Source of the DNA: a bacterium
GTDB lineage: Bacteria; UBA4055
Direction: 5' to 3'
DNA length: 64,000 bases
NCBI GenBank assembly: GCA_029559475.1
Contig: JAKQBN010000055.1
Span: 7,089 to 71,088, forward strand
A model generated the notes under the pieces. It saw only the letters and a program-made list of their open reading frames with translations, was not told the DNA's origin and searched no databases. This document shows, piece by piece, positions 1 to 8,967 of the stretch. Each line of letters opens with the position of its first letter. Position 1 is the first letter of the stretch. The position numbers and the translations under genes are program-made.

Positions 1-279
1 GAGGTCAATGCTTAGCCGGAAGGCTTAATACTTATTACCGGGCGTAGTTTCTTCTTCCTTTCCGATAAATTAACGAATAACAGACAGGAGCAATCATGCC
101 GCAGGTAGTAGAACACATAGACAGGATCGCAAGACAAAGAAAACAGGCTGTACTTTTTGCAGAACAAACACCATGATGATCCCGAATACGGGGAGGATTT
201 CTAAGATAAAATTTATTAAGAATTGTTTTGATTTAACGTTTAATATAGGATAAATTTACAGAACTTAGGAGATAAAAAA

Positions 280-1068
280 ATGTCGATCCAATTATTAAAA
301 GAGCTTAACGGGAACAATACAGGAATATTCAGTCAATTTATCAATACGCAGAAAACATGCCCGAGGATCGCTTGGTACCCATCTGCAGGGTCAGATTTCC
401 GAGCACTTCTTTTTTTAAGCCCGTTATACGCAAAAGCGAATCCTGCAAATTCACCAGAGCCTTCAAGCCCAGATTTATTCCTTTTTACGGATTATTTTCC
501 TTGGGAAAATTCAAAATTTCTTGACACAGCAATTATACATGACGATGGCAGATCAAAAGTAACAGTCGAGGAAATAGAAGAACTCCCAAAGATTGATCTA
601 CCTTTACACAAAGAGATCGTAGATTTTTCGAAAATCAAGATAACAACAAACAGAGTTGTTTTTATGAATGTCCGGATTGAAAGTAAAAGCCTCGGTACTT
701 TCAAATTTCCGATTGTTTATATATTTTCTGAAAATGAAGCTTTCTTCTGCGAAAAAATGCTCCCCGCTAAAGCAAAAATCAGCCATATAATACATATCAG
801 GTACGGCGGTGGCCTTGGAGGTGGAGGAAAAGCAAGGGGCGGCTGGATATCCCGAATTCTAAAACAAGTCGGTTGCGAAGTCCTTGTTTCAGATGGTCGT
901 CATAACGAAATGGGATCAGGCGATGAATTCATGCTGAATTACTGCAAAGAAGCAAATGCTGATGACAAATTCAGCCTGAACATTATCAGAACTGTAAAAA
1001 GCGAATCATGGTCTAACTATGGCAATGTGAACTGGAATGTAGTAGCCAAATCTCAACAAACAAGTTGA
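280..1068 (+). CDS. hypothetical protein with Gly-rich loop (GGGLGGGGKARGG); no recognisable domain
   Basis: 262-aa ORF in AT-rich DNA, 43 nt upstream of the type IIG enzyme gene on the same strand; I cannot name a motif. Confidence 0.4.
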   Translation: MSIQLLKELNGNNTGIFSQFINTQKTCPRIAWYPSAGSDFRALLFLSPLYAKANPANSPEPSSPDLFLFTDYFPWENSKFLDTAIIHDDGRSKVTVEEIEELPKIDLPLHKEIVDFSKIKITTNRVVFMNVRIESKSLGTFKFPIVYIFSENEAFFCEKMLPAKAKISHIIHIRYGGGLGGGGKARGGWISRILKQVGCEVLVSDGRHNEMGSGDEFMLNYCKEANADDKFSLNIIRTVKSESWSNYGNVNWNVVAKSQQTS

Positions 1069-1111
1069 TATTAATAATAGTGGATAATTGAAATTATTTT
1101 AATTTAGGAGA

Positions 1112-4100
1112 ATGGTAATGTTTAAGAATTATTTGAATGCAATAAAAGATCAGATAATTTCTGGGAATGTGCTTGAGAGAAATTTAAGAGCAGCAATTAA
1201 TAATTTATTAAATGAAATAATAAAAGAAAATAATCTGAAGCTATTATTAACTGAAGAGCCTGAAAAAAAAGAAATATTTGGCACTCCTGATTTTAAAATA
1301 ACATCGTCCCATAATATTATTGGCTATATAGAAACAAAAAAAATCGGTGAAGATTTAGATAAAATAATCAAATCCGATCAAATAAAAAAGTATCAAGAAC
1401 TGTCAGATAATATTTTATTGACTAACTATCTTGAGTGGGTATGGATAAAGGATAAAACTGTAAATAATAGGGCTGTGTTGTGTGATTTCTCAGACTTGGA
1501 GAAATCAAAATACAAACTAGAATCAAGTAAAATTGAAGCTGTAAGTAATATTATTAGTAATTTTTTTTCACAACCACCAATAGGGATTTCAGATTCAAAG
1601 AAACTTGCAAATGTACTTGCAATTAGAGCTAAATATCTTAAAGCATTTATTTTGGAGGAATTAGAAAATGAAGACAAAAAATCTGAGACGAGTAAATTAT
1701 CTGGACTTTATTCGACATTTCGTGACTTTGTTTTTGACCAGCTTAGTTTAAGCGAGTTCGCAGATGCTTTCTCCCAAACTCTAGTCTATGGTCTTTTTTT
1801 AGCTAAGCTAAATGCTGAAACAAACAAAATTGATCTATATAACGCAAAGAAATTTATTCCACAATCTTTTATTTTAATTAAAGAACTTGTGAATTTTCTC
1901 GATGAACTTGATAATGAGGAATATAAGCCTATTCGTTGGATTGTTGAAGAAGTTTTGACTGTTGTTAACAATTTGGATTTAGAATCAATTTATAGCGGTT
2001 TATCTTTCAAAACCAGAAAGAAGGACCAAGATGATTTTACAATTAAAGACCCATATGTTTATTTCTATGAAGATTTTCTGGGAGCTTACGATTCCAATTT
2101 AAGAAAATCAAAAGGTGTGTACTTTACCCCACCAGCGATAGTCAATTTTATTATCGATAGTATAGATGAAATAATAAGAAAAATGTTTGAAGTAAAGGAA
2201 GGTCTTGCGGACCATAAAAAAATTACTGTATTAGATTTCTCCACAGGAACAGGTACATTTTTAGTGGAAATAATTCAGAAAATTTTTGAAACTTTACCTA
2301 AAGGTTCAGGTAAGCGCAAACTTTTAATTAAAGAACATATTTTAAAAAATCTTTATGGGTTCGAATATATGATTGCGCCTTACACTATCAGTCATCTTAA
2401 ATTGTCACAGTATTTAAAAGATGAAGGTTACGACTTACAAGCCGATGAACGCTTTCAAATATACCTAACTAATACACTTGTACCAATGGATGGGCAATTA
2501 AAAATTCCTCTATTGCCCGCCTTATCAAAGGAAATTGAATCTGCACAAAAAGTGAAGGATTTCCCAGTTTTAGTAATAACTGGTAATCCACCGTATAGTA
2601 TAAAGTCAAAAAATACTGGTGACTGGATAACGCAACTTTTAAAAGGTATTGATATCTCTTCAGATGGGAAAAAAGACCATCAATTAAGCTATTATATGGT
2701 AGATGGGAAGCCCTTAAATGAGAGGCAAAATTGGTTAAGAGATGATTATGTGAAATTTATTAGTTTTGCGCAATGGAAGATGCAGAAAGTAGAGAATGGT
2801 ATTATTGGCATAATTACAAATCATACATTTTTGGATGGTATTACTTTTGGAGGGATGAGACAAAGTTTATTAAATAGTTTCGATCAAATGTTTTTTTTAG
2901 ACCTTCACGGAAGTGCTAAGAAAGAAGAAAATGTTCCTGACGGCATAAGGAATGATCCGGTATTCGATATAGGGCAGGGTGTTTCTATTTCTTTTTTTAT
3001 AAAAAAAAGAGGATTAGATAAAAAGGTGTATCATGCAGATATGTGGGGCAGTCGTGTTGAAAAATATAAGCAATGCTTTGAGAACTCAATATTTACATTA
3101 GACTGGAAAGAAATAAATCCTGTGTCTCCATATTATTTTTTTGTGCCTCGTACTGGTAATTTCAAAGAAAAATACGATACTTACTGGTCTGTTACTAAGA
3201 TATTTAAGGAATTCAGCCTACCAATAATGACTGGAAATGATCAAATAGCTATACAATTTAGGAAAGATGAAATTGAAGTCATTGTAAATGATGTAAAATC
3301 GATTACAGAAGATGAATTAAAAAATAAATATAAAATGAATGATAAAAAAATGTCTTGGATAGTCAATTCAAAAAAAGAAATTACAATGTCAAATTTTGAT
3401 GCATCTTTTTTTCAGATCGTTTCTTATCGCCCATTCGATAAAAGGATAACATATTTTACTGGCAAAAGCAATGGTTTTCATAGCCGTCCTGGTACAATTA
3501 CTAAGCATATGTTGTATGAAAACATAGGAATGCTTCTTCCAAGGCAGTTGGCAAGCAAATCTTTCCAGCATGTTTTCTGCACAGGAACTATTCCTGATTA
3601 TAACTGTATATCAACATCACAAAAAGAAGCAAATCAACTTTTTCCGTTGTACATTTATTACGAGGATATTATTGGAGATAAATGGCAAACAACTCGAAAA
3701 TCAAATTTTACTGACGAATTTAACAAATTCATCAGTACTAAATATAAAAGTGAATTTAAGCCTGAGCAAATATTTGGATATATCTATGCCGTGTTACATA
3801 GCGAAACATACAGAGAGAAATATTTTGAATTTTTAAAAGATGAATTCGCAAAAATACCATTTGTTTCTAAAATTGATGATTTTAGAATTATATCTGAAAA
3901 AGGAACAGAATTAGTAAATGCACATTTGTTAAAATCATTTACAAAGTCAGGATTTGGTATTTTTATGGGTGAAGGTTCTAATGTTGTTGATAAGATTGAG
4001 TACAATGAGATGTCAAAAACAATATCAATGAACAAAAGTCAATGTTTTGAAAATGTACCAGTTGAAGTTTATAATTTTAAAATCGGTGGATTTAAGCCCA

Positions 4101-4246
4101 TTTATCAATTTCTAAAAAGTAGAAAAGGTCGGTCATATCCTTTGACTTTAGATGAAATTGAGACTGTAGAGAACATAATAAATGTTATTGCTTTTACTAT
4201 TGAGAAAATGGAAGAGATAGAGGAATTAACAAAAGATTGGATATAA
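1112..4246 (+). CDS. Type IIG (MmeI-like) restriction-modification enzyme: N-terminal PD-ExK nuclease + gamma-class N6-adenine methyltransferase + C-terminal target-recognition region
   Basis: 1044 aa. N-terminus has GTPDFKI...GYIETKK (PD-x13-ExK). The centre has VYFTPPAIVNFI (motif X), VLDFSTGTGTFL (motif I, FxGxG) and VITGNPPYS (motif IV, NPPY), in gamma-class order. This layout matches MmeI, BREX PglX and Eco57I-like enzymes. Confidence 0.75.
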   Translation: MVMFKNYLNAIKDQIISGNVLERNLRAAINNLLNEIIKENNLKLLLTEEPEKKEIFGTPDFKITSSHNIIGYIETKKIGEDLDKIIKSDQIKKYQELSDNILLTNYLEWVWIKDKTVNNRAVLCDFSDLEKSKYKLESSKIEAVSNIISNFFSQPPIGISDSKKLANVLAIRAKYLKAFILEELENEDKKSETSKLSGLYSTFRDFVFDQLSLSEFADAFSQTLVYGLFLAKLNAETNKIDLYNAKKFIPQSFILIKELVNFLDELDNEEYKPIRWIVEEVLTVVNNLDLESIYSGLSFKTRKKDQDDFTIKDPYVYFYEDFLGAYDSNLRKSKGVYFTPPAIVNFIIDSIDEIIRKMFEVKEGLADHKKITVLDFSTGTGTFLVEIIQKIFETLPKGSGKRKLLIKEHILKNLYGFEYMIAPYTISHLKLSQYLKDEGYDLQADERFQIYLTNTLVPMDGQLKIPLLPALSKEIESAQKVKDFPVLVITGNPPYSIKSKNTGDWITQLLKGIDISSDGKKDHQLSYYMVDGKPLNERQNWLRDDYVKFISFAQWKMQKVENGIIGIITNHTFLDGITFGGMRQSLLNSFDQMFFLDLHGSAKKEENVPDGIRNDPVFDIGQGVSISFFIKKRGLDKKVYHADMWGSRVEKYKQCFENSIFTLDWKEINPVSPYYFFVPRTGNFKEKYDTYWSVTKIFKEFSLPIMTGNDQIAIQFRKDEIEVIVNDVKSITEDELKNKYKMNDKKMSWIVNSKKEITMSNFDASFFQIVSYRPFDKRITYFTGKSNGFHSRPGTITKHMLYENIGMLLPRQLASKSFQHVFCTGTIPDYNCISTSQKEANQLFPLYIYYEDIIGDKWQTTRKSNFTDEFNKFISTKYKSEFKPEQIFGYIYAVLHSETYREKYFEFLKDEFAKIPFVSKIDDFRIISEKGTELVNAHLLKSFTKSGFGIFMGEGSNVVDKIEYNEMSKTISMNKSQCFENVPVEVYNFKIGGFKPIYQFLKSRKGRSYPLTLDEIETVENIINVIAFTIEKMEEIEELTKDWI

Positions 4247-4267
4247 TGAACTGGAATCTATAAAATC

Positions 4268-4714
4268 ATGATAGAAAAAATTGGTAATATAAAATGTACC
4301 GGAATCGATAATATTGAGCGTGATTTTATTTTGTCCAAAGAAAATGATAATTATAAAAACATAATTACATTCTATGTTTCATTACTGCCCATTATTGATA
4401 TTCAACCTAATTTTTACATGGTTGTAGAAAAAGTATTCAAGCCTAACAACGCTTATAAAGTTACGATGATAAATTGTAACAATGATGAAAAATTTTGTAA
4501 AAAAGGAATTCCGGATTCTTTGTTGCCAAGAGTAGCTGATTATTTGCAAACGGAAATTATTTCAAGCTCAGGTATAAAAGAGTTTAAAAGTACTGTCGGT
4601 GAGACAAGATATCCCGAAGCGACTACGATGTGGGAAAGATTAAGACAAAAAGGAATTGCTACATATTCGAAAAGAGAGGATATTTATACCATTGATTATA
4701 AGCTACTAAATTAA
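4268..4714 (+). CDS. hypothetical protein
   Basis: 148-aa ORF between the type IIG gene and the DUF4062-like gene, same strand; no recognisable motif. Confidence 0.4.
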   Translation: MIEKIGNIKCTGIDNIERDFILSKENDNYKNIITFYVSLLPIIDIQPNFYMVVEKVFKPNNAYKVTMINCNNDEKFCKKGIPDSLLPRVADYLQTEIISSSGIKEFKSTVGETRYPEATTMWERLRQKGIATYSKREDIYTIDYKLLN

Positions 4715-4744
4715 AAAAATCGAGGCACAAAAGAGTCAGGATAA

Positions 4745-5326
4745 ATGAAGAAAAAAGATAAGTTGAAAATTATGGTATCATCCACTGTTTACGGCAGGGA
4801 GTATGAACTTGAACAAATTTACGCTATACTTACAGGCTATGGTTACGAAGTTATCATGTCTAAGGAAGGTTCGGTTTATCTGCCTGCCGGGGCTTCTATT
4901 CCTGAGTCTTGTCTAAAGGCTGTAGAGGACTGTGATTTGTTTTTGGGTATAATATTCCCTCGTTATGGTTCAGGAATTACTCATCAGGAATTTAAAAAAG
5001 CGATTGAATTGGGTAAACCAAGATGGTTTATTGCTCATCAATATGTGAATTTTGCCAAAAATATATTGGACCAGTATATGTTTAAAAAAGACGGCACTTT
5101 GAACATATCGTTTAAATTTAAAGAAACTTCTATGTTGGATAGTGCCGATATTGTGCACATGTACAATGATGCAGTATTGAATCATTTGAAGCCTGAAGAG
5201 AGAAGATCTAACTGGGTGCATCATTTCTTTAAAACGGATGAGATATTCACTTTTTTGAAGACGCAATTTGAACCTATCGAATCGAGGTGTGCTGAGATAG
5301 AAAAAATAAAGGGAACAAGAAAATGA
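4745..5326 (+). CDS. DUF4062-like domain protein (defence-island associated)
   Basis: The N-terminal ~95 aa read IMVSSTVYGREYELEQIYAILTGYGYEVIMSKEG...CDLFLGIIFPRYGSGITHQEFKKAIELGKPRWFIAH, matching the DUF4062 pattern (vFiSSt...eR.....l.....cDifigiig.rYG...S.T..E...A...gkP...F). The stop overlaps the next gene's start (ATGA). Confidence 0.55.
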   Translation: MKKKDKLKIMVSSTVYGREYELEQIYAILTGYGYEVIMSKEGSVYLPAGASIPESCLKAVEDCDLFLGIIFPRYGSGITHQEFKKAIELGKPRWFIAHQYVNFAKNILDQYMFKKDGTLNISFKFKETSMLDSADIVHMYNDAVLNHLKPEERRSNWVHHFFKTDEIFTFLKTQFEPIESRCAEIEKIKGTRK

Positions 5327-6774
5327 AAGAAAATCAAATAATCCAAAACTTGATTGCCGATGGAGAAAATGAACAGCTTGGATTCAAATCGGATGTTCTC
5401 AAAGATTCAATTGCTAAAATTATTTGCAGTTTTTTGAATTCAAAGGGCGGTACGGTTCTTATCGGTATTGATGATAAAAAAAATATTGTCGGTGTGAAAA
5501 ATGCCGATAAACTTAAAGCTGACCTCGAAAATTATCTTGTTGCTGCCATTGTACCTGAAGCCCCAGTAACAGTTTCTATAGAAAAAATTAACGGTAAAAA
5601 ATTATTGCTATTAAAAGTTTGGGGCGGTTCTAAGCAGCCGTACATTTTTAACGGTAGCATTTATTATCGAAGAGGAAATATTACTCAGAAAGCTACCTCA
5701 AAAGAGATTTCAGACCTGATCCACAACAGATCAATTTCTGAAAAGAACTGGGAAAGGCAGGTATTTACAGAAGTAAGCTTGGAAGATCTTGACAGTAAAT
5801 TAATTATAGAAACGATTAAAGAATCGCATAAGAACAATAAGACTAATTTCACCGGTGATGACATTTTAAAATTCCTTATTCACTACGGGCTGTATGAAAA
5901 CGGTGCTTTTACAAAGGCTTGTGTAGTTCTATTCGCAAAAAATCCTGTAAGGTTTTTACCGCAGATCAGAGTAAGGCTGACCGAATACCCCGAATCTAAA
6001 ACAGATAAAGCATTAATTAGAGACAAGTATTTTGAAGGTAATCTTTTTAGAATAAGAGAAGATATTGAGAAATATATAAATGGCTTAGGAACAAGAAGCG
6101 TTTTTGACAAGAATCAATGGAAACGCATTGATTTTTCTTTCCCGAAAAAAGCTTTGCAGGAAGGCGTGATAAATGCTTTAATACATCGTGATTATTCCAG
6201 CTCGACAAGCGGAGTGGCAATAAGCGTATATCCCGATACTTTTGTTATTTCAAACAGCGGTAAGTTTCCTGATGATATTCAGATAAAAGATTTAAAAAGA
6301 AACCACAGGTCGCATCCTGTTAATCCTGATATTGCCCACATAGTTTATTTGCGGGGATTCATTGATAAACTTGGCAGAGGTACGGTAAAGTTAGTTGAAG
6401 AATGCCGTAGTGCCGGATTGAAGGAACCGGTTTGGAAAGAAACTTCAGAAGGTGTGACTTTGACTTTTCATGGCCCAAAAGCACTTTCAGAGAGAAAGCA
6501 GCAAAATGAGGCTGTAAATGAGGCTGTAAATGAGGCTGTAAAAATAAGATTATGTAAGGAACTTGTTACTATTTATGTTGAAAAAGGAATAGGATTAAAG
6601 GAACTTATGATTAAATTCAATATGTCAAGAGCTACATTGCAGAGAGATATTGCAGTTTTAAAAGAATATAATTTAATAATATTTGCCGGTTCAGCTAAGA
6701 CAGGTGTTTATAAATTAACCGAAGAACTGAAAGGGAAACTTGACAGTGTTCCAGCAGCGGGAAATAAAAGTTAG
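5323..6774 (+). CDS. AlbA_2 (Schlafen-like divergent AAA) + HATPase_c_4 putative DNA-binding ATPase with C-terminal wHTH-like region
   Basis: FKSDVLKDSIAKIICSFLNSKGGTVLIGIDDKKNIVGV matches AlbA_2; RDYSSSTSGVAISVYPDTFVISNSGKFPD matches HATPase_c_4. Contains a (NEAV)x3 in-frame 12-nt tandem repeat at 6505-6540. Confidence 0.6.
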   Translation: MKENQIIQNLIADGENEQLGFKSDVLKDSIAKIICSFLNSKGGTVLIGIDDKKNIVGVKNADKLKADLENYLVAAIVPEAPVTVSIEKINGKKLLLLKVWGGSKQPYIFNGSIYYRRGNITQKATSKEISDLIHNRSISEKNWERQVFTEVSLEDLDSKLIIETIKESHKNNKTNFTGDDILKFLIHYGLYENGAFTKACVVLFAKNPVRFLPQIRVRLTEYPESKTDKALIRDKYFEGNLFRIREDIEKYINGLGTRSVFDKNQWKRIDFSFPKKALQEGVINALIHRDYSSSTSGVAISVYPDTFVISNSGKFPDDIQIKDLKRNHRSHPVNPDIAHIVYLRGFIDKLGRGTVKLVEECRSAGLKEPVWKETSEGVTLTFHGPKALSERKQQNEAVNEAVNEAVKIRLCKELVTIYVEKGIGLKELMIKFNMSRATLQRDIAVLKEYNLIIFAGSAKTGVYKLTEELKGKLDSVPAAGNKS

Positions 6775-6783
6775 ACAGGAAGA

Positions 6784-7215
6784 TTAGACGGGTTGAAGTC
6801 CAGTTGTACAGACAGTAAGGTCGTAAAAAGTGGTCTGTTCTTCGCCGGATTCTGTCTTTACCGTTACGCTGTAGCCCGCGTTGATTTTGTCGGCGGACAT
6901 TTTCTTCGAGAATTCCGATAAGATGCGTTTAATGCTCTCGGTTATCTCATTGGTCTGTATAGTAAAAGAAAAGTCTTTTTTCCTTCTCACGCGCACCCAT
7001 CCCTTAGCGAACAGGCTCTTCATGATTTCTTCTCTGGCTTTTCCTTCCCAGCCGTATTTCTCATGATACTTATCGAAAGCGTCTCTGACCTCATCAGCAC
7101 CAAAACCGAAATATTCCGGATCTGCGAGTATGGCAGATATGTGCTTGTTTTCGACCGGAGTGACTTTTCCGTCAGGGCTGATCCAGTATGCTTCTTTTGC
7201 AGTTTCGAATTCCAT
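6784..7215 (-). CDS. hypothetical protein
   Basis: 143-aa ORF, convergent with the preceding operon; no motif recognised. Confidence 0.4.
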   Translation of the reverse strand: MEFETAKEAYWISPDGKVTPVENKHISAILADPEYFGFGADEVRDAFDKYHEKYGWEGKAREEIMKSLFAKGWVRVRRKKDFSFTIQTNEITESIKRILSEFSKKMSADKINAGYSVTVKTESGEEQTTFYDLTVCTTGLQPV

Positions 7216-7263
7216 GCATTAAATTTAACCGAAAAAAGAAATAAAGTCAAAAAGTTTTGAGAC

Positions 7264-7280
7264 CGCCATTATTTGGCGTT
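7264..7280. promoter_or_regulatory. palindromic element cgccattatttggcg(tt), copy 1, ~60 nt upstream of the ORF at 7340
   Basis: Imperfect palindrome (cgcca/tggcg arms). An almost identical 17-mer plus a similar downstream stretch (tgt(t)atatt...ccgg(a)tat) recurs at 11346-11362. Confidence 0.35.
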
Positions 7281-7339
7281 ATCACTGTATTATATTACAT
7301 CCGGTATCAAAAGTTGTCTAAACTTAACCGGAGGAAAAA

Positions 7340-7612
7340 ATGGAAGATCAGGTAAAAAAAATTGACAGAAGCGTGACTTCACACGCATACATTGAGATCA
7401 GAGACCTGAGGCGGTTCGCGCTTAAAGGGAACAAAATATCGGTATTTGACAACGAAGTGCTTAAGGCTGAATACGAGTTCCAGCTGGAATTCGAGGCCGG
7501 CGGGGCATATCAGAAGATAAATTATGTAATGGCGTGCGGAGGCAAAAGCCTGATAATCAAGCTGACTACAGAAATACCAGACCTCGAGATCGAGGAGTTT
7601 CATATAACATAG
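7340..7612 (+). CDS. hypothetical small protein
   Basis: 90-aa ORF, first gene after the palindromic element, co-directional with the MoxR/VWA genes. Confidence 0.35.
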   Translation: MEDQVKKIDRSVTSHAYIEIRDLRRFALKGNKISVFDNEVLKAEYEFQLEFEAGGAYQKINYVMACGGKSLIIKLTTEIPDLEIEEFHIT

Positions 7613-7633
7613 AAAGCGAGGGAATAACAGAAT

Positions 7634-7927
7634 ATGAAAGTATTACAAAACATTATAGATTATCTTCTGCAGGAGAACAAAATCAAGCAGGATGATTATA
7701 ATTACCTTCAGCAGAAGGGTTTTTATGTCTTAGATTATGATGATCTGGATTTTTATGATGACGGATACTGGCGCATAGTTGAACAGGAAAATGAAGATTA
7801 TTGGAAGTATTATGAGGAAGATTATAATGATATTGAATTTGAGCCTTCTTTAGCAGATAAAAGAAGAAGAAAACAGGGTAGAAGAGCCCGTTTTGAAGGA
7901 CCGAAAAGAATCCGGCGGGCAGCATAA
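7634..7927 (+). CDS. hypothetical acidic Tyr/Asp-rich protein with basic C-terminal tail
   Basis: 97 aa; YDDLDFYDDGYWRIVEQENEDYWKYYEEDYNDIEF followed by KRRRKQGRRARFEGPKRIRRAA; 20 nt upstream of the MoxR gene. Confidence 0.35.
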   Translation: MKVLQNIIDYLLQENKIKQDDYNYLQQKGFYVLDYDDLDFYDDGYWRIVEQENEDYWKYYEEDYNDIEFEPSLADKRRRKQGRRARFEGPKRIRRAA

Positions 7928-7947
7928 ATAAGACTGGAGATAAATTT

Positions 7948-8961
7948 ATGATGGAAACGATCACTTTGAACCAGGCTAAGTCGCTGATCAAGGCTCTGGC
8001 AGCTAAAGAAAGTATATTATTGCTGTCAGCTCCCGGAGTAGGAAAATCAGATATCGTGAGGCAGGCAGCAACTGAAGCGGGTCTTGAATGCCGTTCGCTG
8101 CTCGGAACTCAGATCGCTCCGGAAGATGTGAGCGGAATACCCCGTATAGTAAATGAACGCTCCGTATTTTGTCCTCCTCGGATCTTGTTGCCGGAAGATC
8201 CCAAGCCATTCTGTCTGTTCCTTGATGAATTTCCCGCTGCCGCACCGGATGTCCAGAAAGCACTGTACGCTTTACTTCTTGAACGCCGTCTCGGTGAACA
8301 TTTACTGCCTGAAGGTACATGGGTAGTCGCCGCGGGTAACAGGCAGGAGGACAGAGCGCTTGTACGGCAGATGAGCAGCGCGCTTGTGAACAGGACTTTT
8401 GTCATGCAGGTAAGGGTGGATGTGAAGGAATGGATGATATGGGCGCAAAAGAACAAGGTCAGGCAGGAGATTTTATCGTTTATAGCATTTTTGCCCGAAG
8501 CATTGATGCGTCAGGTACCGGCAGAATCAGTTCCGTTCTCTACACCGAGAGCTTGGGCGTCTTTGTCAAATGCTCTTGATCTTGCGGAAAAAGCCGGAAT
8601 TCTCGACGATGAATTGTTTCGAGCCCTTTGTTTCGGGAGAGTATCGCCTGCCGATGCCGCTATTTTTTGTTCAATCAAAGAAATGAAAATAGATCAGTTC
8701 CTTCCGGCTGAAAAATATGTACTCGATCCTGATATGTTGCCAAAAGAGCATACTTCGCTCTGGTTCCTGCTGAACCTTATACGCAGCAGACTGTTGAAAA
8801 AAACAATTGAATTTGAGCCTGTAGTGATAAATAAGTTTCTTATGAGCCTGCCTCAGGAACAAAGATTTGCGATGTTTGCGGACTCTGTAAAAGAATGGGG
8901 AGAGCTTGGAGCTCAGGAAGCTTTACTTGAATCGCTAAAAGAAATAACGGTGTTATCATAA
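7948..8961 (+). CDS. MoxR-like AAA+ ATPase
   Basis: Walker A LLLSAPGVGKSD, Walker B LFLDEF, 337 aa; immediately followed by a VWA-domain partner gene (the classical MoxR-VWA pair). Confidence 0.8.
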   Translation: MMETITLNQAKSLIKALAAKESILLLSAPGVGKSDIVRQAATEAGLECRSLLGTQIAPEDVSGIPRIVNERSVFCPPRILLPEDPKPFCLFLDEFPAAAPDVQKALYALLLERRLGEHLLPEGTWVVAAGNRQEDRALVRQMSSALVNRTFVMQVRVDVKEWMIWAQKNKVRQEILSFIAFLPEALMRQVPAESVPFSTPRAWASLSNALDLAEKAGILDDELFRALCFGRVSPADAAIFCSIKEMKIDQFLPAEKYVLDPDMLPKEHTSLWFLLNLIRSRLLKKTIEFEPVVINKFLMSLPQEQRFAMFADSVKEWGELGAQEALLESLKEITVLS

Positions 8962-8967
8962 ATATTA

